From the human T2T-CHM13v2.0 reference genome, Homo sapiens: a stretch of DNA of 64,000 nucleotides. The DNA lies in the NCBI RefSeq assembly GCF_009914755.1, contig NC_060926.1; one strand, 5' to 3'. Positions 1 through 14,250 of the stretch are shown one piece after another (position 1 is the first letter of the stretch; each line of letters starts with the position of its first letter). The notes beneath the pieces were generated by a model. The model was not told the DNA's origin, did not search any database, and saw only the letters and a program-made list of their open reading frames with translations. A program made the translations under genes and the position numbers.

Positions 1-130
1 TGCACCTTTAGTCTCAGCTACTTGGGAGCCTGAAGTGAGAGGATCACCTGAGCCTGGGGAGAGTGAGGCTGCAGTGAGCTGTGATCACACCACTGCCCTC
101 CAGCCTGGGTGACAGGGTGGAATCCTGCCC
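1..130 (+). mobile_element. Alu right arm (old, AluJ-like), cut by window edge
   Basis: Diverged Alu 3' motifs: gcagtgagctgtgatcacaccactgccctccagcctgggtgacag. Confidence 0.9.
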
Positions 131-800
131 TCCTCACTCCCCAAAAAAGACATGAATACAAAGCGTATGTATGTCATATGTATATAGAGTGTTCTATTGT
201 GATTAGGTAAAATTAACAACGTTTGTCTTGCATGTTGAAAATTAAAGGTAGTTATACTTGGGCTAAAGATAGGTAGACATAATTACCTGTTAACATTAAC
301 ATTAACCATTTTTGGTTTTTACTATTGCTATACATATAATCTATTTTTCCATATATTGTAAATAATTTTGACACTCATTCTTTTATTCATTAATTGATCC
401 ATTTAATAAGCATTTGTTGAATACTTACCATGTACCATGCACCCTGATAGGCAAGGAGAATGCAAGTAATAGGACAGTTAAGATCCCTGACCACTGCATC
501 TCAGTGGGTGAAAAAAACAGTAAACAAACAACTAAAACTAATGACATTAAAACTGAGACTCAAATGATAAGAAGGAGCCAGCCATATGACTCCTTCCGGG
601 CAACCAGGAATGACAGGAGCTGGTGTGACTGGAGTTAGGTGAGGGAGGGAGGTGCAGCAAAGGAGGTGGGAGGGCCCTGGCCATGGGTGATTTGTATGAT
701 ATGGGAAAATGTTTGGAATTTATTCTGATACAAAGGAAGTCATTAAAAGGTTTTTAATCAAGAGACTAACATGAGATCACCTTTGTTTAAAAATAATCAT

Positions 801-1080
<280 letters not shown>

Positions 1081-1083
1081 TCA

Positions 1084-1468
1084 TGCTATGGTTTTCATGT
1101 GTTCTTCAAACTTATGTGTTGGAAACTTGATCCCCAGTGTGGCAGTGTTGGGACATGGGGCATAATGGAAGATGTTTGAGTCATGGGGGCACTAACCTCA
1201 GGAATGGATTAATGACATAATTGCAGGAGTGGGTTTGTTATCATTTGAGTGGGTTCCACGTGAAAGTATGAGTTTGGCCCCCTTTTGCTCTCTCTTTGTC
1301 CTTCACCTTTCGCCAATAAGATGATGCAGCAAGAAGGCCCTAACCAGATGCTGGTGCCTTGATCTTGGACTTCCCATTCTCTGGAACTGTGAGAAAATAA
1401 ATTTCTGTTCTTTATAAATTACCCAGTCTCAGGTATTATGTTATAGCAGCACAAAACATACTAAGACA
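1084..1468 (+). mobile_element. MaLR solo LTR (MST/MLT1A-like)
   Basis: Starts tgctatggttt, ends ctaagaca; contains ccttgatcttggacttccc and aataaatttctgttctttataaattacccagtctcagg. Confidence 0.88.
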
Positions 1469-1748
1469 ATCACCCTAGAGACTATGTAAAGAATGAATTT
1501 GAGGGGACCTCCAAATGAATAAATAGGTATGCAGATTAGGTGAATATTTTAGTTATCCAGGTGGAAAATGATGAACAAAGGTATATATTTTGTAGGTAGA
1601 ATCATTGGTATTTACTCAGATGACTCCCAGGTTTCTGACTTTAGTAATTGAACAGAAAATGACAGTGTCATTTCCTAAGATAGAAACTATTGAGTGAAGT
1701 TCAGGTCTGTGGGAATGGGCATGGGGGTAATCGAGAGTTTCATTTTGA

Positions 1749-2208
<460 letters not shown>

Positions 2209-2811
2209 CTAGGCTCTTATAACAAAGAGGGAAGAGGGACCAGAACAGAATCCTAAGAAATCCCAACATTTATAGGCTGAGAGAGGAGGAGCTAGGAAAT
2301 TAGAGCAAGCAGGTGAGATAGAAGAAATATAGAACAGTAGGATTTGTGAAGAAGGTTTTAGGAAGGAGGGTGTTCACTTAATTAATATTAAACATGCTGA
2401 AAATTCTAATGTAGCAGATACAATTAGTACTGGCTAGGCCAAATAAAAAATTTAAGCTTTTTATTCCCACTTATCCATTAATTATAGTCAATATTAATGT
2501 TAATAGCTTTCTCTGTTTTTATAGACTAATAAATTACCTGTGTTGTCATCACACTTACCCACATTCCTGCATATTCACACAGATTCTGGATCTTGCAATA
2601 AGATTCCTGTTGCCTCCTCTTTACTTATCTTCTACAAATGACTAGTTCTCTGCTCTATTTGTGTGCCCTACCAGCCAATCTATTTCTTATTTCAACCATG
2701 ACTCCAAGTTTTCAGAACTTGAACCCTGTGGTTGTAGATTGCTTGAGGAGGAAGATGTCATGGCCATTTTTGCTGACTGAAGAGACCTAGGAAGGTAAGA
2801 AACAGGGTACG

Positions 2812-3060
2812 CTTTGGGAGGCCAAGTCGGGCAGATCACCTACAGTCAGGAGATCGAGACCAGCCTGGCCAACATGGCAAACCCCCGTCTCTACTAAAAA
2901 TACAAAAATTAACTGGATGTGCTGGGTGCCTGTAATCCCAGCTACTCGGGAGGCTGAGGCATGAGAATCACTTGAACCCAGGAGGTGGAAGTTGCAGTGT
3001 GAGCCGAGATGGTACCACTGGGGGATAGAGCAAGACTCTGTCTCCAAAGCAAAAAGAAAG
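2812..3060 (+). mobile_element. AluS, 5'-truncated with small internal deletions
   Basis: ctttgggaggccaag...gagaccagcctggccaacatgg...gcaagactctgtctc plus A-rich tail. Confidence 0.93.
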
Positions 3061-4437
3061 AGGCTAAGGTTGGTGGCACAGAAAATGGACACAGGGTACA
3101 GAACTCAGAAGGGCTTTGTATTTCAAGCTCCTTAGTACAATGGGATGAGAGGGAAAAGACGTGAGTGAAGGAAAGGGGCTGGCTGAGTTTCCTAAAAATA
3201 TTTAAAGTAGGGTTTATCTTTTTGAGCCAACTAAAACTAAAGCTTAGTAATCAAGCATAGTACACTGTGGACAAGAATCAGTTAAACAGCAACCCCCTGG
3301 AAAAACAGCACACCCAAACATTGCTAGGGAACAGCTGGAGAGAGACCACTTTAGGGAATATTTCGGTCTAGAAGTTGTTCTCTCCCCACCATGGGTTAGA
3401 CAGGCCTGTAAGACTCCTTCCAGCACATCAGACAAGATAAAGAAAGCATTTTTACAGATGAGAAGATTGTGATACCTTCCGCTTTTGCAAGGATAAGTGA
3501 AGTAGCAAATGGATGGGGGGCGGGGGGTGGGGGCGACTGGTACTTATAGAAACACAGTTGATGAAATGTTGAATGTTTATGTCTGAAATCTGAACAGCTG
3601 GTTCCAGACTGAGAATTCATGTCTGTAACATGTCTGCTGCTGGACAGGAAAGTGATTATTCTTCCATGGATTAGCATGGGATGCAGAAGAAATCAAAAGA
3701 TACCACAGGCATGGAATGACCTTGCAAGAAGATGAGCTGAATAGCAGTCAAACAGCTGCACTGCCTTGACCGTACCCTGACAAGGGTTTCATCAGGTCCT
3801 CAGTGAGAAGGAATAGGCACTGGACTCCAAAAATGGTGGGAAAAGAGTTCTAAAAACGTAAGGCCCTGGAGCCTAAAGAATGGTGAATGAGGATGGAGGA
3901 GCAGACAGAGGAAGCTGAAGATGCAAATGACGAACTTCAAAATTTTCCTTCTTAACATAATTCTTATATGCTGTTGTTTTGTGCATTACCTTTGTTCTAG
4001 TCCCAAAGAGGTATGTAGGTCTTTTCAAATTTGAGGTAATACCTGCTGCATATTTGCTTCTCCCCCATATAACCTGTCCCATAAATCTTCCAAGGTCAAA
4101 GAAACCTGAGAAACTATGTCATGGAATTCTTGATTCGGGGAAAAAATATGATTTATCACTGCAGCTAGATGTTTATAATCCAGGCAGTCATGCTAATCAA
4201 CAAATCATAATTTGTTGATACTGATGACCTGGCTGGAAGCTTCTTCTCTCCAAGTTTTTGTAGCCACCATTATGACTGTGCAGTGGACAGAGAATCCACA
4301 CTCTGGCTGGCTAGGGTGCCCTGTTTGAGTGTTCTCATGATTGGGTATTGGCTCCAGCTTATTAGCTGGTAGGATGTTGGCAATATTAAGCTACCCATGG
4401 GGTTCTTTATCAATCTTATTCCTTGAAACAGGAATCA

Positions 4438-4766
<329 letters not shown>

Positions 4767-6159
4767 CAAAACACATATACAGGAGAATGTGGGGACTCTG
4801 AAATGTGTGAATGAACCAAAGCTAAAACCCTCCCAGTATGTCCCTGGTTCCACAGAAAGAAAGCAGCTGCCGTGTCTACATTGGAAACTAGATCAGTGCA
4901 TGACTGAAAATAATGATGTGTTGGCATGAGGTTACATACTTAACCAAAGAAAGCTTTTCTTAAATAAAGGGTGAAGAATGACATCAACTATTTGGGTTAT
5001 CTAGCCACATTGCTTCAAGTTGGGCTTGTTTCCTGAAATCTTTTCCAAACCTTTTGGATTAATTTTTATTGTATTAATAAATATTCTACAACAAACCAGT
5101 TTAGTAAAACAATTTAGACCATTAGGACAAAAACACACAAAAAACACGCTAATCTTTTTGTTAGCTACATAATTTTGTTGACATTCTTCTTGATTTTAGA
5201 AGGCTGTTAGTAATTGATAGCTTAGATCAAGTCTACACTGAAAAAAGGAAAACAGAATGAAAAAATGTCTTATGAAGTTCACCAGTGTAGATAGTTTAGA
5301 TTTCAAAGAAAATTTCTTAATTGTGTGTCTATACTATCTGAATGCCTTGATTATTGACTAGATTTTTACCATGTTTTGTGATATTTGTGTGTGTCTGTGT
5401 ATGTATGTGTCTATCCATCTAATCTATCCATTTCTATTATCTACAACATTTGAGTCAAAGTTCTTGCATTCTTTCTATATTTGCCAAAAGTATGAAAAGA
5501 GAAATGCCCTAAAAGTATATATATTTTTATATATAAGTGGTTTTTTTTTTTCTTTCTTTCTAATGGCTCAAAAATTATGTAGGTGGAGGATTTGGCTTTA
5601 TCTTGAATGAATCATCTTTAGAATCAATACTGATTCAGGGTGAAAATGATCGTGGGGGATTGTTCTCATTTTTCCATGTTGAACATACCATTCCAGAAGT
5701 CCTGTGGCAATTCCCAGCTTAGCCGCTGACTCATTCAGCCATATTTCCCTCCACAGGATGTGAGGAGGTGGTATGTCTGGGGACCATAAACATCCCTAAG
5801 GCATCACCCCCACCTAACCCTGGGGCTTGACTGAGTTTTATGAAATACAGGGCCAGGCTCAGCCCTTGTGTTTCTACATTGTCTTCAGAAGCCTGAACAA
5901 TAAACCATAAACCATAAGAAAGATGGGTGTAATTAATTCCTTTTCTACACAGTTGTACACTCTGCTGCTAAGTATTCTAGTCCTCCTATCTTTTCTGCAA
6001 TGTATTTCTAAACTTTTACATGTAGTGTGGAAAACATGTTGGAATTATGCACACATATAGATTGAGAAGCTTACAGTCCTTGAAACAGGTAAAAACCTGA
6101 ACTGAAGAAAGTCTGTAAAAGATCTGTATCATGACTTTGTAGGGTAGTTGTTGTATGGT

Positions 6160-6433
6160 GGGCACAAATCAAATCTAACTGCTGTCCTCATTAGAAGAGA
6201 GAATTTGGATACACGAAGAGACACCAGGGATGCATGGACACAGAGAAAAGGCCAGGTGAGGACGCAGTGAGAGTGTGGCCACCTGCAAGTGAAGGCAGCG
6301 GGGCTTGGGAGAAATTAAACCTGCCTGCACCTTGATCTTGGGCTGCCAGCCTCCAGAACTGTGAAAATAATTTCTATTGTTTAAACACCCTGTCTGTGGT
6401 ATTTTGTTATGGCAACTCTAGCAAACTAATACA
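6160..6433 (+). mobile_element. MLT1 (MLT1B-like) MaLR LTR, 3' part
   Basis: caccttgatcttgggctgccagcctccagaactgtga...gttatggcaactctagcaaactaataca. Confidence 0.85.
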
Positions 6434-6466
6434 GTGGTGTAGTAGGAAAAGCTCAGTTTTGAAATA

Positions 6467-6839
6467 CAGTCAGGAGTTGCTTAACAACGGGGCTATGTTC
6501 CAAGTTATGTGTTGTTAGGTGACTTTATCACTATGCAAACATTGTAATGTGTGCTTACATAAATCTAGATGGTATAGCCTACTACACACCTAGGCTACAT
6601 GGTATAGCGTATTGCTCCTAGGCTACAAGCGTGCATAGTATGTTACTGTACTGAATACTGTGGGCAATTGTAACATAATGGTAAGTATTTGTGTATCTAA
6701 ACATAGAAAAGGTGCAGTAAAAATATGGCATAAAAGATTAACAAGTGGTACATAAGACAGCTTCATTATAATCATGCAAGACCACCATCATATTTGTGGT
6801 CCACCATAGATTCAAATGTCCTTATGTGTAACCTGACTG
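6467..6839. mobile_element. Tigger3/MER7-type DNA transposon (TcMar-Tigger)
   Basis: Terminal inverted repeat cagtcagg...cctgactg with TA TSDs; internal gtatagcctactacacacctaggcta motif. Confidence 0.9.
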
Positions 6840-6840
6840 T

Positions 6841-7025
6841 AGATGAATCTGAGTACAGCTTGCAGCACTAGTGTAATCTTGGAAAAATTGTTTAAACACT
6901 CTGAACACCAGTTTCCCCATTTGTAAATTGAGGATAACAATAACTACCTATCAAGGTTATCTTAAGGAACAAATGAATCTATATAGGTAGTGCCTGACAT
7001 AAAGTAGGTACTCAAGAAATATTTT
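6841..7025 (+). mobile_element. MIR (5' stub at ~6434-6466, split by the Tigger element)
   Basis: MIR core cagtttccccatttgtaaattgaggataacaataactaccta; 3' end gtgcctgacataaagtaggtactcaagaaat. Confidence 0.8.
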
Positions 7026-7049
7026 AGAGACTTTACTCTCTGCTGGGGG

Positions 7050-7205
7050 AAAGGCATAGAATTTTGCAATTAATCAGATTTGGATTTGAATCTGCATTTC
7101 GTCACTTAGCCAAGTGACCTTGGGCACATAACTTAAAATCTGCGATCACCAATCCTACATATAAAACACTAGGAATGTATTACGTTAGGTGCTCAGTACA
7201 TCTTA
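7050..7205 (+). mobile_element. MIR fragment
   Basis: ggatttgaatctgcatttcgtcacttagccaagtgaccttgggcacataactta. Confidence 0.65.
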
Positions 7206-9314
7206 GTTCTCCTTGGAGATTCTGGTTACAGACACAGTTCCAATTCTTTCTGAATATCAAAGTAATATATAAACAATGTGTTTGCTAGGGAGAGGTGTGT
7301 TTGCTAGGGAGGGTCTAACCGAGAGGATGAGGCTCTAATTACAATATTTATAGTACTTGTATTTTGATTGCTTATGCTTACTCACCACATGATGAGTAAA
7401 TGGGATGGTCTTTCTGAAGGAAAAGCAACTATACAAAGGATTCAAAGAGAAAGCTTTACCATCAGGCTGACACAAAGGCTATTAATAATCCTGTCCTCGA
7501 GGTGCCATGTGAAATCTTGATTCCTAAATGAGAAAATAAGTACATGTAGAGCTGAAATAAGTAAAAATCTATTTATGCAAGAGAAAAGTCACCATTAATT
7601 TGCTAAAACATTCCAGACATTTGTAACTTTGTGTGTATTTATATTTATATAATTACTTTCTATGCACACCATTTGATAACTGCCTTTCCCCCCACTTCAC
7701 AATAGTTTATGGACCTTTTTCCATATTTCCACATCATTAAATAGTCCACTCAGCATTATTTTAAATGACTGAAAGGCACTGCATTGTTAGAATGTACCAG
7801 GATTTTAAAACAAATCCTTTTTGTTGGACATTTAGGTTCAACAAACTTTGTTTTTAAAAATCAAGAGGTTAATTCTCTGGTTGCCCATCTGATTGATGAC
7901 TTAGAGGTGCATAGAGTTGAGGTAAACTGAGTGTGCGAATGTGAACTTGCAGGAGTGGGTGAAGACAGAATGCCTATCTCGGCACTGCAGAAAAAAAGTA
8001 GGGAAAGTGCAGCATCGTGAGAAATGCATTTCTGCCTTAAGTTTACTGGGAAAAATCAATTTTAGGGCCTAATAGAGCATCACTTATCTATATGTCACTT
8101 GGAATCAGTGTGTTTTCACCATCAACTAAGGACTACTATCTTGGACTGTGTCTCAAGAGAAATGGAGTAGAATCTCCAGATAGCCTTTTTCAGCCTTAGC
8201 AACAGGAAAGACAGAAATGACTTGGATATGTACAAACCTTCATAGATGATTGTGTGAAACTTGAGCTTTAAGAAAAAAGATGACAATTCTAAATATGCAT
8301 TTTCTTGTGAAAGTCATAGAGATATTTTGAGGCGATTCATATTTTTAGATATAGTAGTTATTATTCCCTTCACGAAGAGATAAGATAGGCATTTCATTCC
8401 TCTCCCCTTTAGATTCATAAAACAAAGGTGTCTTTCATGGAATCAACTACCCAGCTAGGAAAATGTGTCAGGCTTACCAGTCAAGCTCAAAAATATGAAA
8501 AAGGTGACGTCTGTTTAGTTTCTCACAATTTTTTCCTTTTCCCCGATCCCAGATCTGTGAGTCACCATTCTGTGTGAAAAATATTTAGAGTGAGAATTAT
8601 TCCTTGACAAGTTATGTTGTTAGACGAACTTCCCTATCACTCAAAGAAATGACCCTTATCTCTTTCTTTACTTGAAGAATATCTTGCAAAAACATTTAAT
8701 CTAGTCCAGAATAATTTCAGGGGTTGACAACACTGCTCTCAAGCCATTTTGTAAATACCACTGCCTCATTTTAAAGAAAAGAACTTCTGTTTTCTTTTCT
8801 TGGTTAGTGGATTCTGGTAAGTCCCACCAGTTTGGTTCTATAAACAGAGGCCCTGACAATTTTATTAAGAGCACTGGTTTAATATAATGATTCATGAAAA
8901 AAGCCTAGATTAGAATATTAAAATATTAAGTAAGTAGATAACATGCAATTCTACCAGGAGGTATAAGGATGGAAATATCACAAATGCATCTCTTGGATCT
9001 ATTATGAACATTAAAACCATCAGCCTGAGCACTTACTAGATTTTTTAACTGTGGCGTGTAGGTTTTTCAAAAAATATTTTTACATAAATATGCCCTCCTG
9101 TGGCCACTCACCTTTCCCCATTCACATCGCCCTTTCCCTTACCTTCCAATAAGCAAATATATCTTAACTAATGTCAGGCCTTAAGAGACATTTGTATTGG
9201 CATTCTATTTGACTTTAAGGTAAAACTAGAAATTTTTAGGAGTCACTTGACTGGTGAAATCACTCTCACTCTTTTTTTATGATTTAATGTTTTTATTGTC
9301 ACTGTTAACTAGCA

Positions 9315-9855
9315 TGAGATGGGGAAATTTTATTATATATGTGATAAAGGATTAATATCCAGAATATATAGGGAATTCTAAAATTCTACAACAATCACAA
9401 TAAACACCCTGATTCAAAAGTGGCAAAGGACTTGAAAAGACACTTCTCCAAATAAGTTATACAAATGGCCAATAGGCCTGTGAAAAATGTTCAAACTCAC
9501 TAATCTTTAGGAAAATGCAAATGAAAACTACAATGACATCTCACCTCATATTTAGGATAACTATTGTTAAGTAAAAACAAAAACAAAAAATAACAAGTGT
9601 TGGTGAGGATGTGGAGAAACTGAAACCCTTCTGCACTGATGGTGAGAATGTAAAATGGCATGTCCACTATGGAAAACAGTATGGTTGTCCCTCAAAAATT
9701 TTAAAGTGGAATTACTATATGATTCATCAATTCTACTTCTAGGTATATACCCCAAATAATTGAAAGCAGAGACTTGAAATATCTTGAAATTCAATTGAAA
9801 TATCTCAAAATGGAATTGAAAGCAGGATCTTGAAATATCTCTGGAAGAGATTTTG
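9315..9855 (+). mobile_element. L1MB-like LINE-1, end of ORF2 region (5' part)
   Basis: gataaaggattaatatccagaatatata...gaaaatgcaaatgaaaactacaatga...tgttggtgaggatgtggagaaac. Confidence 0.9.
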
Positions 9856-12226
9856 TGATAGGTTTGGCTCTGTGTCCCCACTGAAATCTCATGTTGAATT
9901 GTAATCTCCAGTGTTGCGGGAGGGACCTGGTGGGAGATGATTAGATCATATGGAGCAGATTTCCCACTTGCTGTTCTCCTGATAGTGAGTGAGCTATTGC
10001 AAGATCTGGTTGTTTACATGTGTGTAGCACTTCCCCTTTGCTCTCTCACTTTCTCCCACTCCACTATTTGAAGAAGGTGCTTGCTTTCCCTTCTCTCTTT
10101 TGCCATGATTGAAAGTTTCCTGAAGCCTCCCCAGCTATGCTTCCTGTACAACCTGTGGAACTGTGAGTCAATTAAACCTCTTTTCTTCATATACTACCCA
10201 GTCTCGTGTAGTTTTTGATAGCAGTATGAGAATAAACCAATACAGAAAATTGGTACCAGAGAAGTGGGGCATTGCTATAAAGATATCTGAGAATGTGAAA
10301 GTGACATTGGGACTGGGTAATGGGCAGAGGTTGGAAAAGTTTGGGAGGTTAAGAAGACGACAGGAAGATGAGGGAAGGTTTGGAACTTCCTAGAGACTTG
10401 AATGGTTTTGACTAAAATGCTGATAGTAATATGGACAATGAAGTCCAGGCTGAGGTGGTCTCAGATGGAGATGAGAAACTTCTTGGGAACTGGAGCCAAG
10501 GTCACTCTTGCTATGCATTAGGAAAGAGACTGGAAGCATTGTACCCCTGCTCAGGATCTTTGGAACTTTGAACTTGAGGGAGATGATTTAGGGTACCTGG
10601 TGGAAGAAATTTCTAAGCAGAAAATCATTCAAGAAATGACCTGGCTGCTTCTAAAAGCCTATGCTCATTTGCATAAGCAAAGAGAATATTTTAAAGAGAA
10701 GCAGAGCATAAATGTTTTAAAAATCTGTAGCCTGACTATGTGGCAGAAAAGAAAAAAATATTTTCTGGGGAGAAATTCAAGCTGGTTGCAGAAATTTGCA
10801 TAAGTAAAGAGGAGCTGAATGTTAATAGCCAAGACAATGGGGAAAAAACCCTCCAGGGCACTTCAGAGACCTTCACCGCAGCCCCTCCCATCACAAGCCT
10901 GGAGGCCTAGGAGGGAAAAATGGTTTTGTGAGCCAGGGCCAGGGCCCTGCTACTTTATGCAGCCTCAGGACATGGCACCCTGCATCCCAGCCACTCCAGC
11001 TCCAGCCATGGCTAAAAGGGGTGAAGGTACAACTTGGGCCATTCCTTCAGTGCATGCAAGCCCCAAGCCTTGGTGGCTTCCATGTGGTGTTGAGCTCGCA
11101 GGTGCACAGAAGGCAAGAGTTGAGGTTTGCGAGCCTCTGCCTACACTTAAGAGGATGTATAGAAACACTTGGATGTTCAGGCAGAAGTCTGATGCAGGGG
11201 CAGAGCGCTCATGGAGAACCTCTACTAGCGCAATGCAGAGGGGAAATGTGGGTTTGAAGCCCCCACACAGAGTTCTAACTGAGGCACTGTCTAGTGTAGC
11301 TATGAGAAGAGGGCTACCATCCTTCAGACCCCAGAATGGTAGATCCACCAACAGTTTGCACTGTGCACCTGGAAAAGCTGCAGGCACTCAACATCAGCCT
11401 GTGAAAGCAGCCTTGGGGGCTGTACCCTGCAGAGCCACAGGGGCAGAGCTGCCCAAGGCCCTGGAAGTCCACTCCTTGCTTGCATCAGTGTGGCTTGGAT
11501 GTGAGACATAGAGTCAAAGGAGATGATTTTGGATCTTTAAGGATTAATAACTGCCCTGCTGGGTTTCGGACTGGCATGGTGCCTGTAGCCTCTTTGTTTT
11601 GGCCAATTTCTCCCTTGTGGAATGGGAGCATTTACCCACTGTTTTTACCCCCATTGTATCTTGGAAATAACTAACTTGTTTTTAGTTTTACAGACTCATA
11701 GGCAGAAGGGACTTACCTTGTTTCAGATGAGATTTTGGACTTGGACTTTTTGGAATAAGTTAAGACTTTGGGGGACTATTGGAAAGGCATGACTGGTTTT
11801 GAAATGTGAGGAGGACATGAGATTTGGGAGAGGCCAAGGGCTGAATGATATGGTTTGGCTCTGTATTTCCTCTCAAATCTCATGTTGAATTGTAATCCCA
11901 GGTGTTGGGGGAGGAATCTGATGGGAGGTGATTGGCTCATGAGGGTAGATTTCCCCCTTGCTGTTCTTGTGATAGTGAGTGAGTTCTCATGAGATCTGGT
12001 TGTTTTAAAGTGTGCAGCGCTTCCCCTTTGCTCTGTCTCTTCCTCCTGCCCTGCATGTGAAGAAGGTGCTTGCTTCCCCTTCACTCTTCCACCATGATTG
12101 TAAGTTTCCTGAGGCTTCTCCAACTATGCTTCCTGTGCAGCCTGCAGAACTATGAGTCAAGTAAACCTCTTTTCTTTATAAATTACTCAGTCTCAGGTAG
12201 TTCTTTATAGCAGTGTGAGAACAAAC
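9856..12226 (+). mobile_element. MSTA-type MaLR provirus: 5' LTR 9856-10244, internal 10245-11845, 3' LTR 11846-~12226
   Basis: Two direct LTRs starting tgata(t)ggtttggctctgt; internal region starts gaaaattggtaccagagaagtgggg and ends in a purine tract gggagaggccaagggctgaa. Confidence 0.93.
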
Positions 12227-12600
12227 ATTATCCAAAATAGCTAAAAGATGGAAGCAACCGAAGTGTCCATAGACTAGACGAAAGGATATGCAAAATGTGT
12301 GTAAAATAAGCCAGTCATCAAAAAGAAAAATACTGTGTGTTTCCACTTATATGAGGTACCTAGAGGAGACAAAGATTACAGAGATAGGAAGTAGAATGTG
12401 GTTGCCAGGGACTACATGGAGAGAGGAATGAAGAGTTATTGCAGTTTTACAAGATGAAAAGAATCCTGGAGATGGATGGTGATGATGATTGCACAACAAT
12501 ATGAATGTACTTAATGCTACAGAACTGTACACTTAAAAATGGTTAAGATAGTAAATGTTATATGTATTTCACGAAGATTTAAAATTTTAAATTAGAAAAA
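12227..12600 (+). mobile_element. L1MB-like LINE-1 3' UTR (continuation after the provirus)
   Basis: ttccacttatatgaggtacctaga...gtagaatgtggttgccaggg...ttgcacaacaatatgaatgtacttaatgctacagaactgtacacttaaaaatggttaa. Confidence 0.9.
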
Positions 12601-13875
12601 ATGAGGGATTTTATACTCTTTTTAAGCAACATTTTTGTTCAGTTTCTGTTAATGTTAATAGTAGTTGTTATTTTTCATTTGACCTGACTTATCCAGTAGA
12701 TGCATTCGATAGTTGCTTTGCATTATGTGACATTTCAGTAATAAATCTCTAGAGGAAAATATTTCATTTTCATGATGTTTACTTATGATGGGGTGATGAT
12801 AAAATTATCATAGCTGCTCCTAGAATCTGTTAACAATGTTTCATTGATAAGTGTGGGCAAACTAGACCTGGAGTCCTCTAATTAGCTATGATGACTAGTT
12901 AACAAGCAGACAAGGTCAGGCAAATAAACATTTATGTCCACATGCTTGCATGAGGAAGTGGCTGAAGGGTGGAGTGTGTATTTTGGTCAAAAGAATGTTT
13001 AGTGATGTTTTCTTTTCCATGTTGGTTATAATTCAGCCGTCTCAGAAATCTAAATATATTCAAGTTCAGAAGCATTGTTGGCTTTGAAAACACTGATTAT
13101 TTTTGTTCATATATCTAATAAACATTACATGGCCCTTCTTGTCTATAGAAAAAAATCTAACTTTGCCAAAAAAGGGCCCTAACTGGAATGATTTATATGC
13201 ACTCAATATCAGGAATAAAAGCTTTATTAGTTTTAGTTGGTAAAATAATTTTGTGTTGTGGGAATCATTTTTCAAAATGCTTTATTTTCTAAACACATTA
13301 CCCAAAAATACTGGGGATGGGTTATTGAAATTTCAATAATTATCATCGTATTTCTCTATTTTGGCTAAATAGAAACAAAGGCAATACATAAAAACCTATA
13401 GTGGAGCTTGAGAATTTAAAACCTATTCCTACAGTTCATGATGCTTTAATTGTAGGTACAGTGCTAAAAACACCTCTGCCACTTCACCAAAAATTTGCTC
13501 TCGAGTCCTATAGAATGTCTTTACGTGAATTGATGCACACCCCTCAGTTGATAATTCCCTCAATGACTACCTGAAATCGCTGATTTTCAGATAGTCACGT
13601 AATGCACAGACATCTCCACATTCCACAGAACAATTAGAAGAATCCTCAGGGGACATAGCTGAAGGGGAAAAAATAATTCTTCCTTTTAGATGACACATAT
13701 GAAAGCATTGCCAATCCTAGTGTCATTATGCTTTGAGAGGAAAAAACAGACACAGACTGCTTTGTTGTTTTAAAAAGTTATAAATAGATGTTTATAAATT
13801 CAAACAATTAGAAATCGAAAGTAGAAAGTGCAAGTCCTCTTTGATCAATCCCATGCTCTAAAAGTAATCACTTTA

Positions 13876-14250
<375 letters not shown>

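Noticed and set aside
3511-3535. G-rich tract as a possible G-quadruplex
   Set aside because: Only three runs of three or more G; fails the canonical four-tract pattern
7277-7311. 19-bp direct repeat tgtgtttgctagggag
   Set aside because: Ordinary slippage duplication with no further structure
10819-11511. 230-aa ORF and overlapping ORFs
   Set aside because: Entirely within the MaLR internal region; typical decayed repeat frame with no evidence of function
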